This document shows positions 19,476 to 29,121 of a DNA stretch of 64,000 nucleotides, piece by piece. This DNA comes from an uncultured Bacteroidota bacterium (GTDB lineage: Bacteria > Bacteroidota > Ignavibacteria > UBA10030 > UBA6906), in contig CAVOYH010000003.1 in assembly GCA_963700635.1 (NCBI GenBank), positions 960,001 to 1,024,000 of the forward strand. The letters run 5' to 3'. Under the pieces are notes generated by a model. That model saw only the letters and a list, made by a program, of their open reading frames with translations. It had not been told where the DNA came from and searched no databases. Both the position numbers and the translations under genes were made by a program. Positions within the stretch are counted from its first letter, which is position 1. Each line of letters opens with the position of its first letter.

Positions 19476-21626
19476 CTACTTCCTTTTTTTCGGTGCTGAC
19501 GGTATGTAGTACCGTTTCGCGTAGTCTACGACCATCCGATCTGTATTAAACACGGGGATAAGCGATGCCATGGCATGCCGCACCCGTTTGAGCCAGTGAT
19601 GGGGTATTTTGTCTTTTCCCCGATCGTAATACAGAGGAATCACCTGGTTTTCCAGAACCGCTCGCAACGACGCAGCGTCCAGGTCATCCTGTAACTGATC
19701 GGAGCTTGCTGTTGTATCTTCGCCGATCTTCCACCCGTTCCGTCCGTCATACGCCTCCCTCCACCAGCCGTCCATGGTGCTCAGGTTCAGTCCCCCGTGC
19801 ATCATGGCCTTCATCCCGCTGGTTCCGCATGCTTCCATCGGTCGCCGGGGTGTATTCAGCCAGACGTCGGCGCCGGAGACAAGATAGCGGGCTACGTTGA
19901 TGTCGTAGTCTTCGAGAAAGACCACACGTCCGAAAAGGTCCACTCGCCGCGCGATGTTGATGATTTCCTGTATGTAGTGTTTTCCGGCGTCGTCACGCGG
20001 ATGCGCTTTTCCGGCGAAGATGATCTGGACTGGCTGTTCTTTGTTCGTAAGCACCCGGATGGCCCAGCCCAGATCGCGGAAGAGCAATGGTGCGCGTTTG
20101 TATGTGGCGAACCGCCGGGCAAACCCGATGGTGAGAACGTCGGGTGAAAGCACATTGTCATAGAGCCCGATGTCATCTGGATTGTGCCGCAGATTCTGTT
20201 CGCGGAGACGTTTGCGTGCAAATTCCACCAGCTCACGACGTAATGAAGTGCGCAGAGCCCAGAGCTCCTGGTCGGAAATCTTCTTTGATTCCAGTGCCGC
20301 ATGCCAGTACCGCGCATCACGGAATTTGTCGATCCATTTCGGACCCAGATGTGTCGTCCAGAACTGCGATGCGGTCGGAGATGTCCAGCCCGTAATATGC
20401 ACGCCATTCGTGACATGTCCGATGGGCACTTTGCTTACCGGCGTGTCCGGGTAGAGATCGTTCCACATTTCCCGGCTGGTGCGCCCATGCAATTCGCTCA
20501 CACCATTTGCGGCATGGCACATCTTCAGGGCAAGCACTGTCATCGTAAATGGGTCGGCGGTGTTTTCGGGCTGAACGCGTCCGTATCGCATGATGTCTTC
20601 GATCGACATCCCCATGGTAGAAACAAATGGGCCCAGGTTCGTTTCCATAAGTGGGCGGTCAAACCGGTCGTGACCTGCGGGAACGGGCGTATGTGTTGTG
20701 AACACGCAGCGCTTCTTGACGAAGGCCTCTGCTTCGGGTAACGACTTTTTGGCATTGAGTTGCTCTCTGAGCAGCTCCAGAGTCAGAAAAGCGGAATGTC
20801 CCTCGTTCATATGAAACACGGAGGGGTGGATGTCAAGTTTGCGGAGCAAACGCACACCCCCGATGCCCAGAAGAATCTCCTGGCCAATGCGGTTGGTCTG
20901 ATCGCCACCGTACACATGTGCCGAGAGATCCCGATAGAATTGACTGTTCTGGGGAAGATCAGTGTCAAGCAAATACACGCGAATACGTCCGACCTCAATG
21001 GCCCACGCCTGAAAATCCACCGACGTGTTGCCGATGGGGACGCTGCAGACAACACGATTTCCCTTTTTGTCGGTAATGGGCCGGAGGGGGAGGCGTGCCG
21101 GATCGTAGGTGGGATACCATTCCTGTTGCCATCCATCCCGGCTGGTTTGCTGGCGGAAATACCCCTGCCGGTAAAAAATGCTGATGCCGATGAAGGGAAG
21201 ACCCAGATCGCTGGCCGACTTGGCATGATCACCCGCAAGAATCCCGAGACCCCCGGAGTAAATGCGGAGACTTTCATGAAGACCGAACTCTGCGCTAAAA
21301 TAGGCGATCGACGAATTCTTTAGCGAAGGAGCATACTTACGGGCCCAGGTGTTCTTTTCCTTCATGTAGGAACGGTAGCTTCTGCAAACGCTGTCAACGC
21401 GAGAAAAGAACTCAGGATTTTGAAGCCGGCCCTTCAGTTCAGGACCGGATATCCAGTTCATCACTTCTACGGCATTGTGCTTGCTGTCTTCCCAGAAGAA
21501 CGGGGAGAGCTCCTGGAAAATACGTTGTGATGCTGGATTCCATGACCGCCAGAGGTTGTAGGCGAGATCATTCAGCTCATGGACCAATGTGTCGATCTGT
21601 TTCTCGGAGATCCGTTTGCTAGCCAC
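19476..21626 (-). CDS. glgP: Alpha-glucan (glycogen/maltodextrin) phosphorylase, GT35
   Basis: YFSAEFG, YSGGLGILAGD, HMNEGHSAF, GFARRFATYKRA and EACGTSGMK (PLP Lys). Confidence 0.95.
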   Translation of the reverse strand: MASKRISEKQIDTLVHELNDLAYNLWRSWNPASQRIFQELSPFFWEDSKHNAVEVMNWISGPELKGRLQNPEFFSRVDSVCRSYRSYMKEKNTWARKYAPSLKNSSIAYFSAEFGLHESLRIYSGGLGILAGDHAKSASDLGLPFIGISIFYRQGYFRQQTSRDGWQQEWYPTYDPARLPLRPITDKKGNRVVCSVPIGNTSVDFQAWAIEVGRIRVYLLDTDLPQNSQFYRDLSAHVYGGDQTNRIGQEILLGIGGVRLLRKLDIHPSVFHMNEGHSAFLTLELLREQLNAKKSLPEAEAFVKKRCVFTTHTPVPAGHDRFDRPLMETNLGPFVSTMGMSIEDIMRYGRVQPENTADPFTMTVLALKMCHAANGVSELHGRTSREMWNDLYPDTPVSKVPIGHVTNGVHITGWTSPTASQFWTTHLGPKWIDKFRDARYWHAALESKKISDQELWALRTSLRRELVEFARKRLREQNLRHNPDDIGLYDNVLSPDVLTIGFARRFATYKRAPLLFRDLGWAIRVLTNKEQPVQIIFAGKAHPRDDAGKHYIQEIINIARRVDLFGRVVFLEDYDINVARYLVSGADVWLNTPRRPMEACGTSGMKAMMHGGLNLSTMDGWWREAYDGRNGWKIGEDTTASSDQLQDDLDAASLRAVLENQVIPLYYDRGKDKIPHHWLKRVRHAMASLIPVFNTDRMVVDYAKRYYIPSAPKKRK

Positions 21627-21898
21627 GGCCTGAAAGGCTCCTTGATTATTTGAAAGACAAAATATATGGAATTACGTAAGAAATTCCAATGTTTGAACCG
21701 AGCAAAATTCGCAATCCTGCTGCCTACTATTAGCCACGTGCACCCGACACTCGCCTGAACGGATGTGATTGATTCAATTCGGCACAAAAAGGGGCTTCTT
21801 CGGAGCGCCTGATCACACCCCGGCCGCCCATGGGATCGGTTAATGCAAAGATTGTGCCGCAGGAAAAGAACAGCCGGAACCGGTTTTGCAGTAAGTAC

Positions 21899-24217
21899 TT
21901 AGAATATGGGCGCGACCCACAGAGTAAACCGGAACGTATGTGGTGCGCTCAGACGCCATGTGAAGTCTGTCCGGAAAAGATCGAATATTCGGCTCAATCC
22001 AAACCCCGTTTCAGCGTACAACCCATCCGTCAGGTGGTGCGACAAGCCACGATCGCGCCAGGTCCGGGCCACACCCCCGTGAACGAGTAACTCTATGTTG
22101 TTTTCGTACAGAAATGGGATTCCGAGGGCGAGGAACGGGAGGGTCCGGAAGTTGTGCTCCGCCCGGAGTGCGATGTAGCCCGTGCCCCCAAATTCTTTGA
22201 CGTTCATTCCCCGCATCACGCCTGCCGGACCATCTCCACTGAATGAGGATTCAATGTTAAATCCCCGCTGGAGCGGCAGCTGCCCTCTTGATTCCCCCAC
22301 ATCAATAAAGACCGTAAACCCCGGCCGGAAGAGCTGTCTCGGCGCAAATGTTGGAATAACCAGCGTCGCGTTCGCTTCATAGCGTGTGAAATCAAATGCA
22401 CTCGAGGCGATGGAAGGAGAAGAGTATTCAATCCGGAATGTGACTGCAGTACGGACGATCAGGCCAAAGGGAACCGGAGCTTCTCCCAGGCGCGCCTCGA
22501 TCTGCATGCTCCTGAGGTTTCCTTCTTGGATCGCCGGATTTTCTCGGAATGGCCTGGAGGGGGAGAAGATGGAAAATCCGGTGTTCGTGGTGACGGACGC
22601 ATGCGTTTCGTTGATGAACGAAAGGGTCCACGCCAGCGTGCGCGCCGGTGCGTGTGTGATGTAGGCCCTCCACCCCTTTGCACTGTGGTAGTCCCGGTAA
22701 TCATTCTTGTCAAGAAGTGCACCCAGTGTGTTGGCGAACGAACCATAGTAGTCATGATCCGGCCGGTAACCCAGACGCCTGTAGAATTCACCCCCAAGAC
22801 CGAATGTACGAGAATCTGAAGTGTAGACGGTAGCGCCGAATTCGTGCTTCAGTTGTTTATCAGAGAATCCATAGGCCGCACCCCCATACACCATGACGGA
22901 AGGGATGTCGCGCTGAGTATTGTAGGATGCACCCAGGTGAAGCCCTTCTACTCTGTTGAACGACACGTCCAGAATGTTCAGAAGAGTTCCGGCAATACCG
23001 GCGTTGCCGCCCAGAGTGGCGGAAATGCCGCCGGGACGAAACTGCACCTCAAGGGTCTGTGTGCTGTCGAGCGAGGCGTACGCGTTCTTTTCTGTTTGCG
23101 AGAGCGGCAGGACCTTGTTGTCCACCCAGAACGTCGAATCGTATCGCGTGGCGCTGGAATCGACCGTCAACCGGGGCTTCGCAAAGATACTATCGGGAAG
23201 TTGAATGTTAACGGCGTAATTGGAGAGTACAGAGGTCTGCTCGAAACCGAACGGGGGGAATGAAAACCCGGCGAAACTGATTTTCGCCCGGGCGGTGATC
23301 CTGATATCCACGGGAAGCCAGAACTCGTCCTGGTACAGGGCAAATTGTTGTCGGTACCGCAACGCCTTTTCCTTGACGAAGGGAATCACAAAGGCCTCGT
23401 TCGGCACAACATCCACGCCCATGAGCGCGTAGGAATTGTCGGCGATGCGAAGCGTACCTTCAAACAGCGGTACCGTCCGGGTGGTCGGTTTCATCCGGAT
23501 GACAAAAACATCCTGGCCGCGGGATCGTTCTGTCTTAAGTAAAGTGTAGTCATAATAGTCAAGCGCGACGACCGATGTCGGGCCGACAAAGGTGTACCCC
23601 AGAAATCGGACGTCGTCCTCGTTAAAATTGAGAATACGTCCGACGGATGCAAGGTTGAACGATTTTTTGATGTTGGCAGTTTGTCTTCGCTGGAGAACCA
23701 CTTCGCGAAGGGTGTCTCCCTGCTGCCAGTACGCGCGTGTGAATGACTCGGTGATGCTCGCGATGGCGGTGTCGCGCTGGAGTACCTGCCGGGTAAATGC
23801 GTCGCACTGATACGTCGCCAGGCGGTCGATCCAGCGTCGTTTGTGTGCAATGGCGCGGCGGATAATCTCGATTGCCGGATCTTCGGATGAGATCACTACT
23901 TCGGGCAGTACAATCTCGGCAGGTTCGAGAGAGACATCGTGGGACGTTAACCCTGCAACATGGACGGTGGATGTGTCGGGGCGGTACCCAAGCATGCGCA
24001 CAACAACAGTGTACGTGCCGGGGTCAATCTGGAGAGTATATTCCCCACCCGTTCCGGTGATGGTGCCGCGTGGAGTTCCGGTTATCCGGATGTGTGCCGA
24101 TGGGAGAGGATCAGAAGTGGCCCTGTCACGGACGTGCCCGTGCAGAGACGATCGTTCTGCACCAAACACGCACAGTGGCGTGTACACGAGGAGAATCAGA
24201 GAGAGAATGCACCTCAT
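21899..24217 (-). CDS. Outer-membrane protein, carboxypeptidase-regulatory-like N-domain + DUF5686-like beta-barrel
   Basis: Signal peptide MRCILSLILL (ATG 24217), G-V-D..T..PLP-A-I..G...GT, EDPAIEIIRRAI, FNRVEGLHLG and terminal Phe. Confidence 0.75.
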   Translation of the reverse strand: MRCILSLILLVYTPLCVFGAERSSLHGHVRDRATSDPLPSAHIRITGTPRGTITGTGGEYTLQIDPGTYTVVVRMLGYRPDTSTVHVAGLTSHDVSLEPAEIVLPEVVISSEDPAIEIIRRAIAHKRRWIDRLATYQCDAFTRQVLQRDTAIASITESFTRAYWQQGDTLREVVLQRRQTANIKKSFNLASVGRILNFNEDDVRFLGYTFVGPTSVVALDYYDYTLLKTERSRGQDVFVIRMKPTTRTVPLFEGTLRIADNSYALMGVDVVPNEAFVIPFVKEKALRYRQQFALYQDEFWLPVDIRITARAKISFAGFSFPPFGFEQTSVLSNYAVNIQLPDSIFAKPRLTVDSSATRYDSTFWVDNKVLPLSQTEKNAYASLDSTQTLEVQFRPGGISATLGGNAGIAGTLLNILDVSFNRVEGLHLGASYNTQRDIPSVMVYGGAAYGFSDKQLKHEFGATVYTSDSRTFGLGGEFYRRLGYRPDHDYYGSFANTLGALLDKNDYRDYHSAKGWRAYITHAPARTLAWTLSFINETHASVTTNTGFSIFSPSRPFRENPAIQEGNLRSMQIEARLGEAPVPFGLIVRTAVTFRIEYSSPSIASSAFDFTRYEANATLVIPTFAPRQLFRPGFTVFIDVGESRGQLPLQRGFNIESSFSGDGPAGVMRGMNVKEFGGTGYIALRAEHNFRTLPFLALGIPFLYENNIELLVHGGVARTWRDRGLSHHLTDGLYAETGFGLSRIFDLFRTDFTWRLSAPHTFRFTLWVAPIF

Positions 24218-24230
24218 CAGGGAGGCGTGT

Positions 24231-24683
24231 TTACCGTTTGATTGATGGAGGGATCTCCTTGTTGCCGAAGGTGCGGGGCTTGCTCGATGCCTGCTCCCAC
24301 ATCTGGCGCTCCTTAGCCGAACGTTGGATCTCCCGTTCCGCCTTGAGGCGCGCGAGGCGGACTTCATCGCCGCTCTTCGAGGCGACTGCGCTGCCGGCAT
24401 GTTGCTGCCTGTAGTTCTCCCACGCAGGAAGAACCGCTTTTTCGCAGGAAAGTACGCGTGCGTCGAGAGGGTCGAGCAGATAAGCCTCCATCAGGGAATC
24501 GAAGGCAAGGGCGCTCTGTCCGCTCTTTAGGTAATGTTGCGCAGCGTTGGTCAGTTTTCCAATCTGGTTCTGCATCTCAACCGGGGCATTCGGAGATTGG
24601 GATGCTGAAAGTGGCGCTGCAAAGTCCGGCCCGATTGTGACGGACAACGGTTTATTGCGGGGTGCCATGTCGCCTGTCTTCAT
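24231..24683 (-). CDS. Hypothetical protein (single TPR-like helix pair, coiled C-terminus)
   Basis: SD GGAGG upstream. AQHYLKSGQSALAFDSLMEAYLLDP resembles a TPR. Sits in tandem with the DUF5686-like gene. Confidence 0.55.
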   Translation of the reverse strand: MKTGDMAPRNKPLSVTIGPDFAAPLSASQSPNAPVEMQNQIGKLTNAAQHYLKSGQSALAFDSLMEAYLLDPLDARVLSCEKAVLPAWENYRQQHAGSAVASKSGDEVRLARLKAEREIQRSAKERQMWEQASSKPRTFGNKEIPPSIKR

Positions 24684-24795
24684 GTTGACCTCCTCGGCGC
24701 GATGTTCTCTGCTATAAAGATACCATCCTGGAATTGGGAAATCAAGTGCAATTGGTGGTATTGGACATCAGTCGGGAGTTCAGTACATTTCGAGC

Positions 24796-26058
24796 ATGGA
24801 TAAACCCGTCATCGTGATCGGCGCGGGAGGGGCAGGTATCATAGCTGCCTGGAAAGCGGCATCTTTGGGGGCTCCCGTAATACTTCTGGAACGGAATTCC
24901 CGGCCCGGCGTCAAAATCCTCATTTCCGGTGGCGGAAAGTGTAATATTACACACGCCGGCACCGTCGGTGAGCTTCTGGATGCCTTTTCCCGTCAGGAAA
25001 GAACATTTCTGAAACCGTCGATCCACAGATTCTCCAATGACGATATTCTCGAACTTCTTAAGAATGAGGGGATTAGCACCTCCGCCAGAGCCAACGGACG
25101 GGTTTTCCCGACTCATGGAACGGCCAAAGACGTTATGCGGGGCCTCCTTTCCACCCTGCAACGAACGGGCGTCACACTTCGCGTACACTCCCCGGTCAAA
25201 CGAATCATGTTCAAAAACAATGCCATTACGGGAGTCCGTCTGGATTCAATGGAAATGCCCACCAATCATCTGATTATTGCGACAGGGGGGAAATCGTATT
25301 CCCGGACAGGCACGACGGGGGATGGCTACGCCTGGGCAACTGAACTGGGGCATACAATCGTCCCAATACGTGCTGCGCTTGCGCCCATGGCCCTTACCCC
25401 GGCCCTGCCCCGGGAGTGGCAGGGGATTGCCATCCGCGGTTGCCGGTTGTTCGCTGTGGCATCGGACCATCGTATCGCCTCCTGGGATGGTGATGTATTA
25501 TTCACCCATGAGGGTATTTCGGGTCCTGCGGCGCTGGAAATAAGCAGAAGCGTAGCACTAGCCCTCGAATCAACTCCGGTGGGACTGTACATCGACTTTT
25601 TTCCCGGGAAGGAGTTTGACACGCTCGACAATGAGCTTAACGCGTACGTGCAATCACACCGTGCGAAAACCATCACAACGTTGCTCGATGCATGGTTACC
25701 CAACCGGATGGTGGAATCGTTTCTTGCAGGACTTGGAGTACAATCAACCACGCGTGGCCACGTCCTTTCCCGCCAGGATCGCCGGGCCATCGTGCATGGG
25801 CTCAAGGGATGGTCGATTGGAATGGTTGTGAATGTTCCTCTGGATCGTGGAGAAGTTTCCGCCGGTGGTGTGGCGCTTCACGAAGTGGACCCGAAGTCCA
25901 TGCGCTCGCGTGTGGTGAGTGGTCTCTACCTCTGCGGTGAAGTGCTGGACATCGCCGGCCCGATCGGCGGGTACAATCTCCAGGCGGCGTTCTCCACGGG
26001 GTTTGTGGCGGGGGAGAACGCGGCACTCGATTGGCATAACAGGTCCGGCAACCCATGA
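24796..26058 (+). CDS. HI0933/YhiN-family NAD(P)/FAD-dependent oxidoreductase
   Basis: GAGGAG, KILISGGGKCNIT, ATGGKSY..TGTTGDGY, LFTHEGISGPA and GEVLDIAGPIGGYNLQAAFSTG. Confidence 0.92.
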   Translation: MDKPVIVIGAGGAGIIAAWKAASLGAPVILLERNSRPGVKILISGGGKCNITHAGTVGELLDAFSRQERTFLKPSIHRFSNDDILELLKNEGISTSARANGRVFPTHGTAKDVMRGLLSTLQRTGVTLRVHSPVKRIMFKNNAITGVRLDSMEMPTNHLIIATGGKSYSRTGTTGDGYAWATELGHTIVPIRAALAPMALTPALPREWQGIAIRGCRLFAVASDHRIASWDGDVLFTHEGISGPAALEISRSVALALESTPVGLYIDFFPGKEFDTLDNELNAYVQSHRAKTITTLLDAWLPNRMVESFLAGLGVQSTTRGHVLSRQDRRAIVHGLKGWSIGMVVNVPLDRGEVSAGGVALHEVDPKSMRSRVVSGLYLCGEVLDIAGPIGGYNLQAAFSTGFVAGENAALDWHNRSGNP

Positions 26059-26079
26059 ACCAGGAAAGGTGATTCGGAG

Positions 26080-26973
26080 ATGCTCACAGACAAGATTGTC
26101 ATTATTACAGGCGCATCATCGGGAATCGGAGCGGCACTGGCGGTGCAGTGCGCACAACAAGGAGCGATCCCCGTGCTTGCGGCGCGCCGCCGTGACCGGC
26201 TTGCGCACGTGGCGGATACCATTCTGCAGAACACCTCCCGACCGGCGGGTGCGCCTTCGCCCGTCCTCGTTCTGCCGGGAGATATCACCAACCGTGAATA
26301 TGCCGAAGAGCTTGTGCACACCACCGTTCGCACCTACGGCCGAATCGATGTGCTGATCAACAATGCGGGTGGGGGCCACTTCGGCAGCGTCGAAGATACA
26401 TCCGATGACATGATCCAGAAAATGTTCCGGCTCAACGTGTATCCTCTCTGGTATACGATCCGGCCGGCACTCGGGTACATGAAAAAGCAGCAGGGCGGTC
26501 ACATCGTTAATGTGGCGAGCATGGCCGGCAAGATCGCCTTTCCCTTCAACTCCGCGTACGTCGCGGCAAAACATGCAGTGGTTGGATTTACACACGCATT
26601 ACGTCTCGAACTGATGGATACGGGAATTCATGCAACGGCAGTGTGTCCGGCCGGCGTGAAGACTGCCTGGGCGGAAGTTGCCGAAGGCGGCGACATGCTG
26701 CAGTTCTTCTCCCGGTCCGGCGTCGCCATCAAACGTATCGCACAGGAACAAAACCTGTCTCTGCCCCGCGTTGAGGGGGTGCGGACAGCAGACCAGATCG
26801 CGGGGGCAATCATAGACGTTCTCCACAATCCAGTTGCCGAACTGTACACGCACAAAGGCAGTCATGAACTCGTACAGATTGGAGCGGAACGAAGGGAATC
26901 CCTGGAGGAAATCCAGCGCGCAGTAGTCCTGGGCGAGCGGGAAGTGTATGATGAGATGAAGAAAAAAACCTGA
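26080..26973 (+). CDS. Short-chain dehydrogenase/reductase
   Basis: TGASSGIG, NNAG, S-x12-YVAAK catalytic motif. Confidence 0.92.
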   Translation: MLTDKIVIITGASSGIGAALAVQCAQQGAIPVLAARRRDRLAHVADTILQNTSRPAGAPSPVLVLPGDITNREYAEELVHTTVRTYGRIDVLINNAGGGHFGSVEDTSDDMIQKMFRLNVYPLWYTIRPALGYMKKQQGGHIVNVASMAGKIAFPFNSAYVAAKHAVVGFTHALRLELMDTGIHATAVCPAGVKTAWAEVAEGGDMLQFFSRSGVAIKRIAQEQNLSLPRVEGVRTADQIAGAIIDVLHNPVAELYTHKGSHELVQIGAERRESLEEIQRAVVLGEREVYDEMKKKT

Positions 26974-26994
26974 CGACGGTACTGCCGGCAGACG

Positions 26995-29001
26995 TTATTT
27001 CACGAGAACCATCCGCGCAACCCGGGTATCACTCCGTACGCCATTGACGGTCAGAACGCAGAAGTACACGCCGCTGGAGAGTGTGGACCCGTCCAGCACC
27101 GCCGTATAGGTGCCCACCTGGTGCATTCCACCGGCAAGAAGGGCAACATCCCTTCCCAGAATGTCAAAGACACGAAGCTGTATCTCCGCCGGTTCTGCAA
27201 CATCGTAGGCGATTGTCGTGAAGGGATTAAACGGATTCGGGTAGTTCTGATGAAGCCGTGTTCTCTGTGGCGCAGTGCCTTCCTCTGGTACTCCTGTTGG
27301 GTACGAATCTGTCAGAATAAAATCCACTCCGGAAAGCGAGAACGTATTCTGCGGGACGGTGATCGGCGCCTGCACCAGGTTAAACCTGAACCGGTCCACA
27401 AAGAGTGTGACCGACCCGCTGGAGAGGGCGTTAACGCTGTAGTGGCCGGACGGTTCGGTCAGTCCGTACCCCGCAATCGTACCATCCTGTGCACGGGCGA
27501 CAACCCGTACACCCGGCAAGCCCGATAGGCCTGCCGAAAGTACACGCCCGCTGATCCGCGTGAGTCCATTGCCCTGCAACCGGGGAAGTGTGATCGTAAG
27601 TGCCGCGGAATTCCCATTCACAACCACGGTATCGGCATCCAGCCATGACACGCTGGACATGCCGGCTCTGTAGTATGCCGCTGAGTAATCACTGTATGGA
27701 ACAGCGAGGATGTTGTAGGTTCCGGCCGGGATGTCGTTACTTTCGAATGTTCCCGTTGAATCCGTGAAGACAAATACGGTCGGCCGGTCATTGCCGCCCT
27801 TCGGGCGGGGAAAGAGGATAATCCGTGCCGGAACCTCGCTTCCGTCCTCATCCTGGACGGTCCCCTGCATGGAGCCGGTTCCTCCTTCCACAGGAGTCAG
27901 GCTGAAGTTTATACCACTTGTGTCGCCCCGGATGGTGAGGAGCGCTGCCTGTGTGGGATCGGACGTGTTGTCATATGCTTCGGGGTAGAAACCATCCTTC
28001 GCTGCCAGTGCAACGTACTGTCTTCCACTCAGGACCTGTGCAAAAAATTTCCCCGAGGGATTCGTATATCCCACCCAGACAACACCGCGGGAATAGCCTA
28101 TGCCGGGGATTATTTTCTCTTCCACCCCTATGCCCGGTGTGCTTGCGGATATCGTAGCATACTCATTCATCTCCTGAATGGGCCGAACGAGGGCGACCGC
28201 GGCACCACCGAGCGGCGATCCGTCGGCATCCGTGACAAGTCCGCTTACATATGCGTAAGGAGCCGGCGTGAGAGGTGAAAGCCAAAAATCTATGCGCGTG
28301 GTATCTTCCAGTCTCACAACAACCGGGTGTGCGGTTTCAGGCGTGGAAGCGTCGTCATACCATTCCGCCATATGATGGGGCGCCGCAACGGTGATGGCAA
28401 GTTCTTCCGCTTTTACGAGGTAGGAGCCCGTATCCAGAACGGCGACAAAGCCACCTGCCGGGTCAGTCGATGTTTCCACGGTGCGGTTTGGTGCAACGAG
28501 TACCTTGAAGAATCGAATCCGGACTTTTGAAATCGGGAGGCCGCTGACCTGATCAAGCACCCTGCCGGCGATGATGCCTTTGGGTCCCGGAGGGAGTGCG
28601 TACGCGCGAACCCCGGCAATGTTGCTCCGTCCGCTTTCGCGTAAAATGCTGTCGGCAAACACGGCGGCGGAGACATAATAGTGGTAGAGTACTCCCGGAT
28701 TTACGGTCCGGTCTTCAAACTTGGTCGTCTGGGCGATTCCAATCCACTGAAAGGCGCTTGTATCGCCAGTGGAGCGGTACACCTTGAAGAACCATCCTCC
28801 TGCCGGACTGCTCCATGAGAGCAGAACCCGCGGTTGGAGTTCAGCGGGAGATTGGGCAACAAGGTTTTCCGGTGCGGGCAGCGAGGTGTTTTGAGCCAGG
28901 GTGTTGCCGGCTAGAACAACCACCAGCACGACGGTGACCCTCAGCCTGCGCAACGTTCCGCTCGATCGTATGGAGGGTTCTCTGACCACAGGTTCACCCA
29001 T
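26995..29001 (-). CDS. T9SS-secreted protein: FN3-like + carboxypeptidase-regulatory-like repeats (paralog of 29122..31443); start uncertain
   Basis: G-I-G-V-D repeats, EWYDDA motif and LHQNYPNPFNP tail. The true start may be the TTG near 28953. Confidence 0.75.
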   Translation of the reverse strand: MGEPVVREPSIRSSGTLRRLRVTVVLVVVLAGNTLAQNTSLPAPENLVAQSPAELQPRVLLSWSSPAGGWFFKVYRSTGDTSAFQWIGIAQTTKFEDRTVNPGVLYHYYVSAAVFADSILRESGRSNIAGVRAYALPPGPKGIIAGRVLDQVSGLPISKVRIRFFKVLVAPNRTVETSTDPAGGFVAVLDTGSYLVKAEELAITVAAPHHMAEWYDDASTPETAHPVVVRLEDTTRIDFWLSPLTPAPYAYVSGLVTDADGSPLGGAAVALVRPIQEMNEYATISASTPGIGVEEKIIPGIGYSRGVVWVGYTNPSGKFFAQVLSGRQYVALAAKDGFYPEAYDNTSDPTQAALLTIRGDTSGINFSLTPVEGGTGSMQGTVQDEDGSEVPARIILFPRPKGGNDRPTVFVFTDSTGTFESNDIPAGTYNILAVPYSDYSAAYYRAGMSSVSWLDADTVVVNGNSAALTITLPRLQGNGLTRISGRVLSAGLSGLPGVRVVARAQDGTIAGYGLTEPSGHYSVNALSSGSVTLFVDRFRFNLVQAPITVPQNTFSLSGVDFILTDSYPTGVPEEGTAPQRTRLHQNYPNPFNPFTTIAYDVAEPAEIQLRVFDILGRDVALLAGGMHQVGTYTAVLDGSTLSSGVYFCVLTVNGVRSDTRVARMVLVK

Positions 29002-29121
29002 CGGATGCAGAGCACGCGAAATGAACTGTCGAACGATATTCCGCGTGCTCTGTGAACGTACTATTCTCGCTTTTCCTGCTCCTGCAGAACCTCTCGTCCT
29101 CAGACGGAGAGGAAGAGCGTA

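Noticed and set aside
21630-21898. Possible ncRNA/tRNA in the AT-richer gap upstream of glgP
   Set aside because: No cloverleaf, riboswitch consensus or convincing long stem could be identified by eye.
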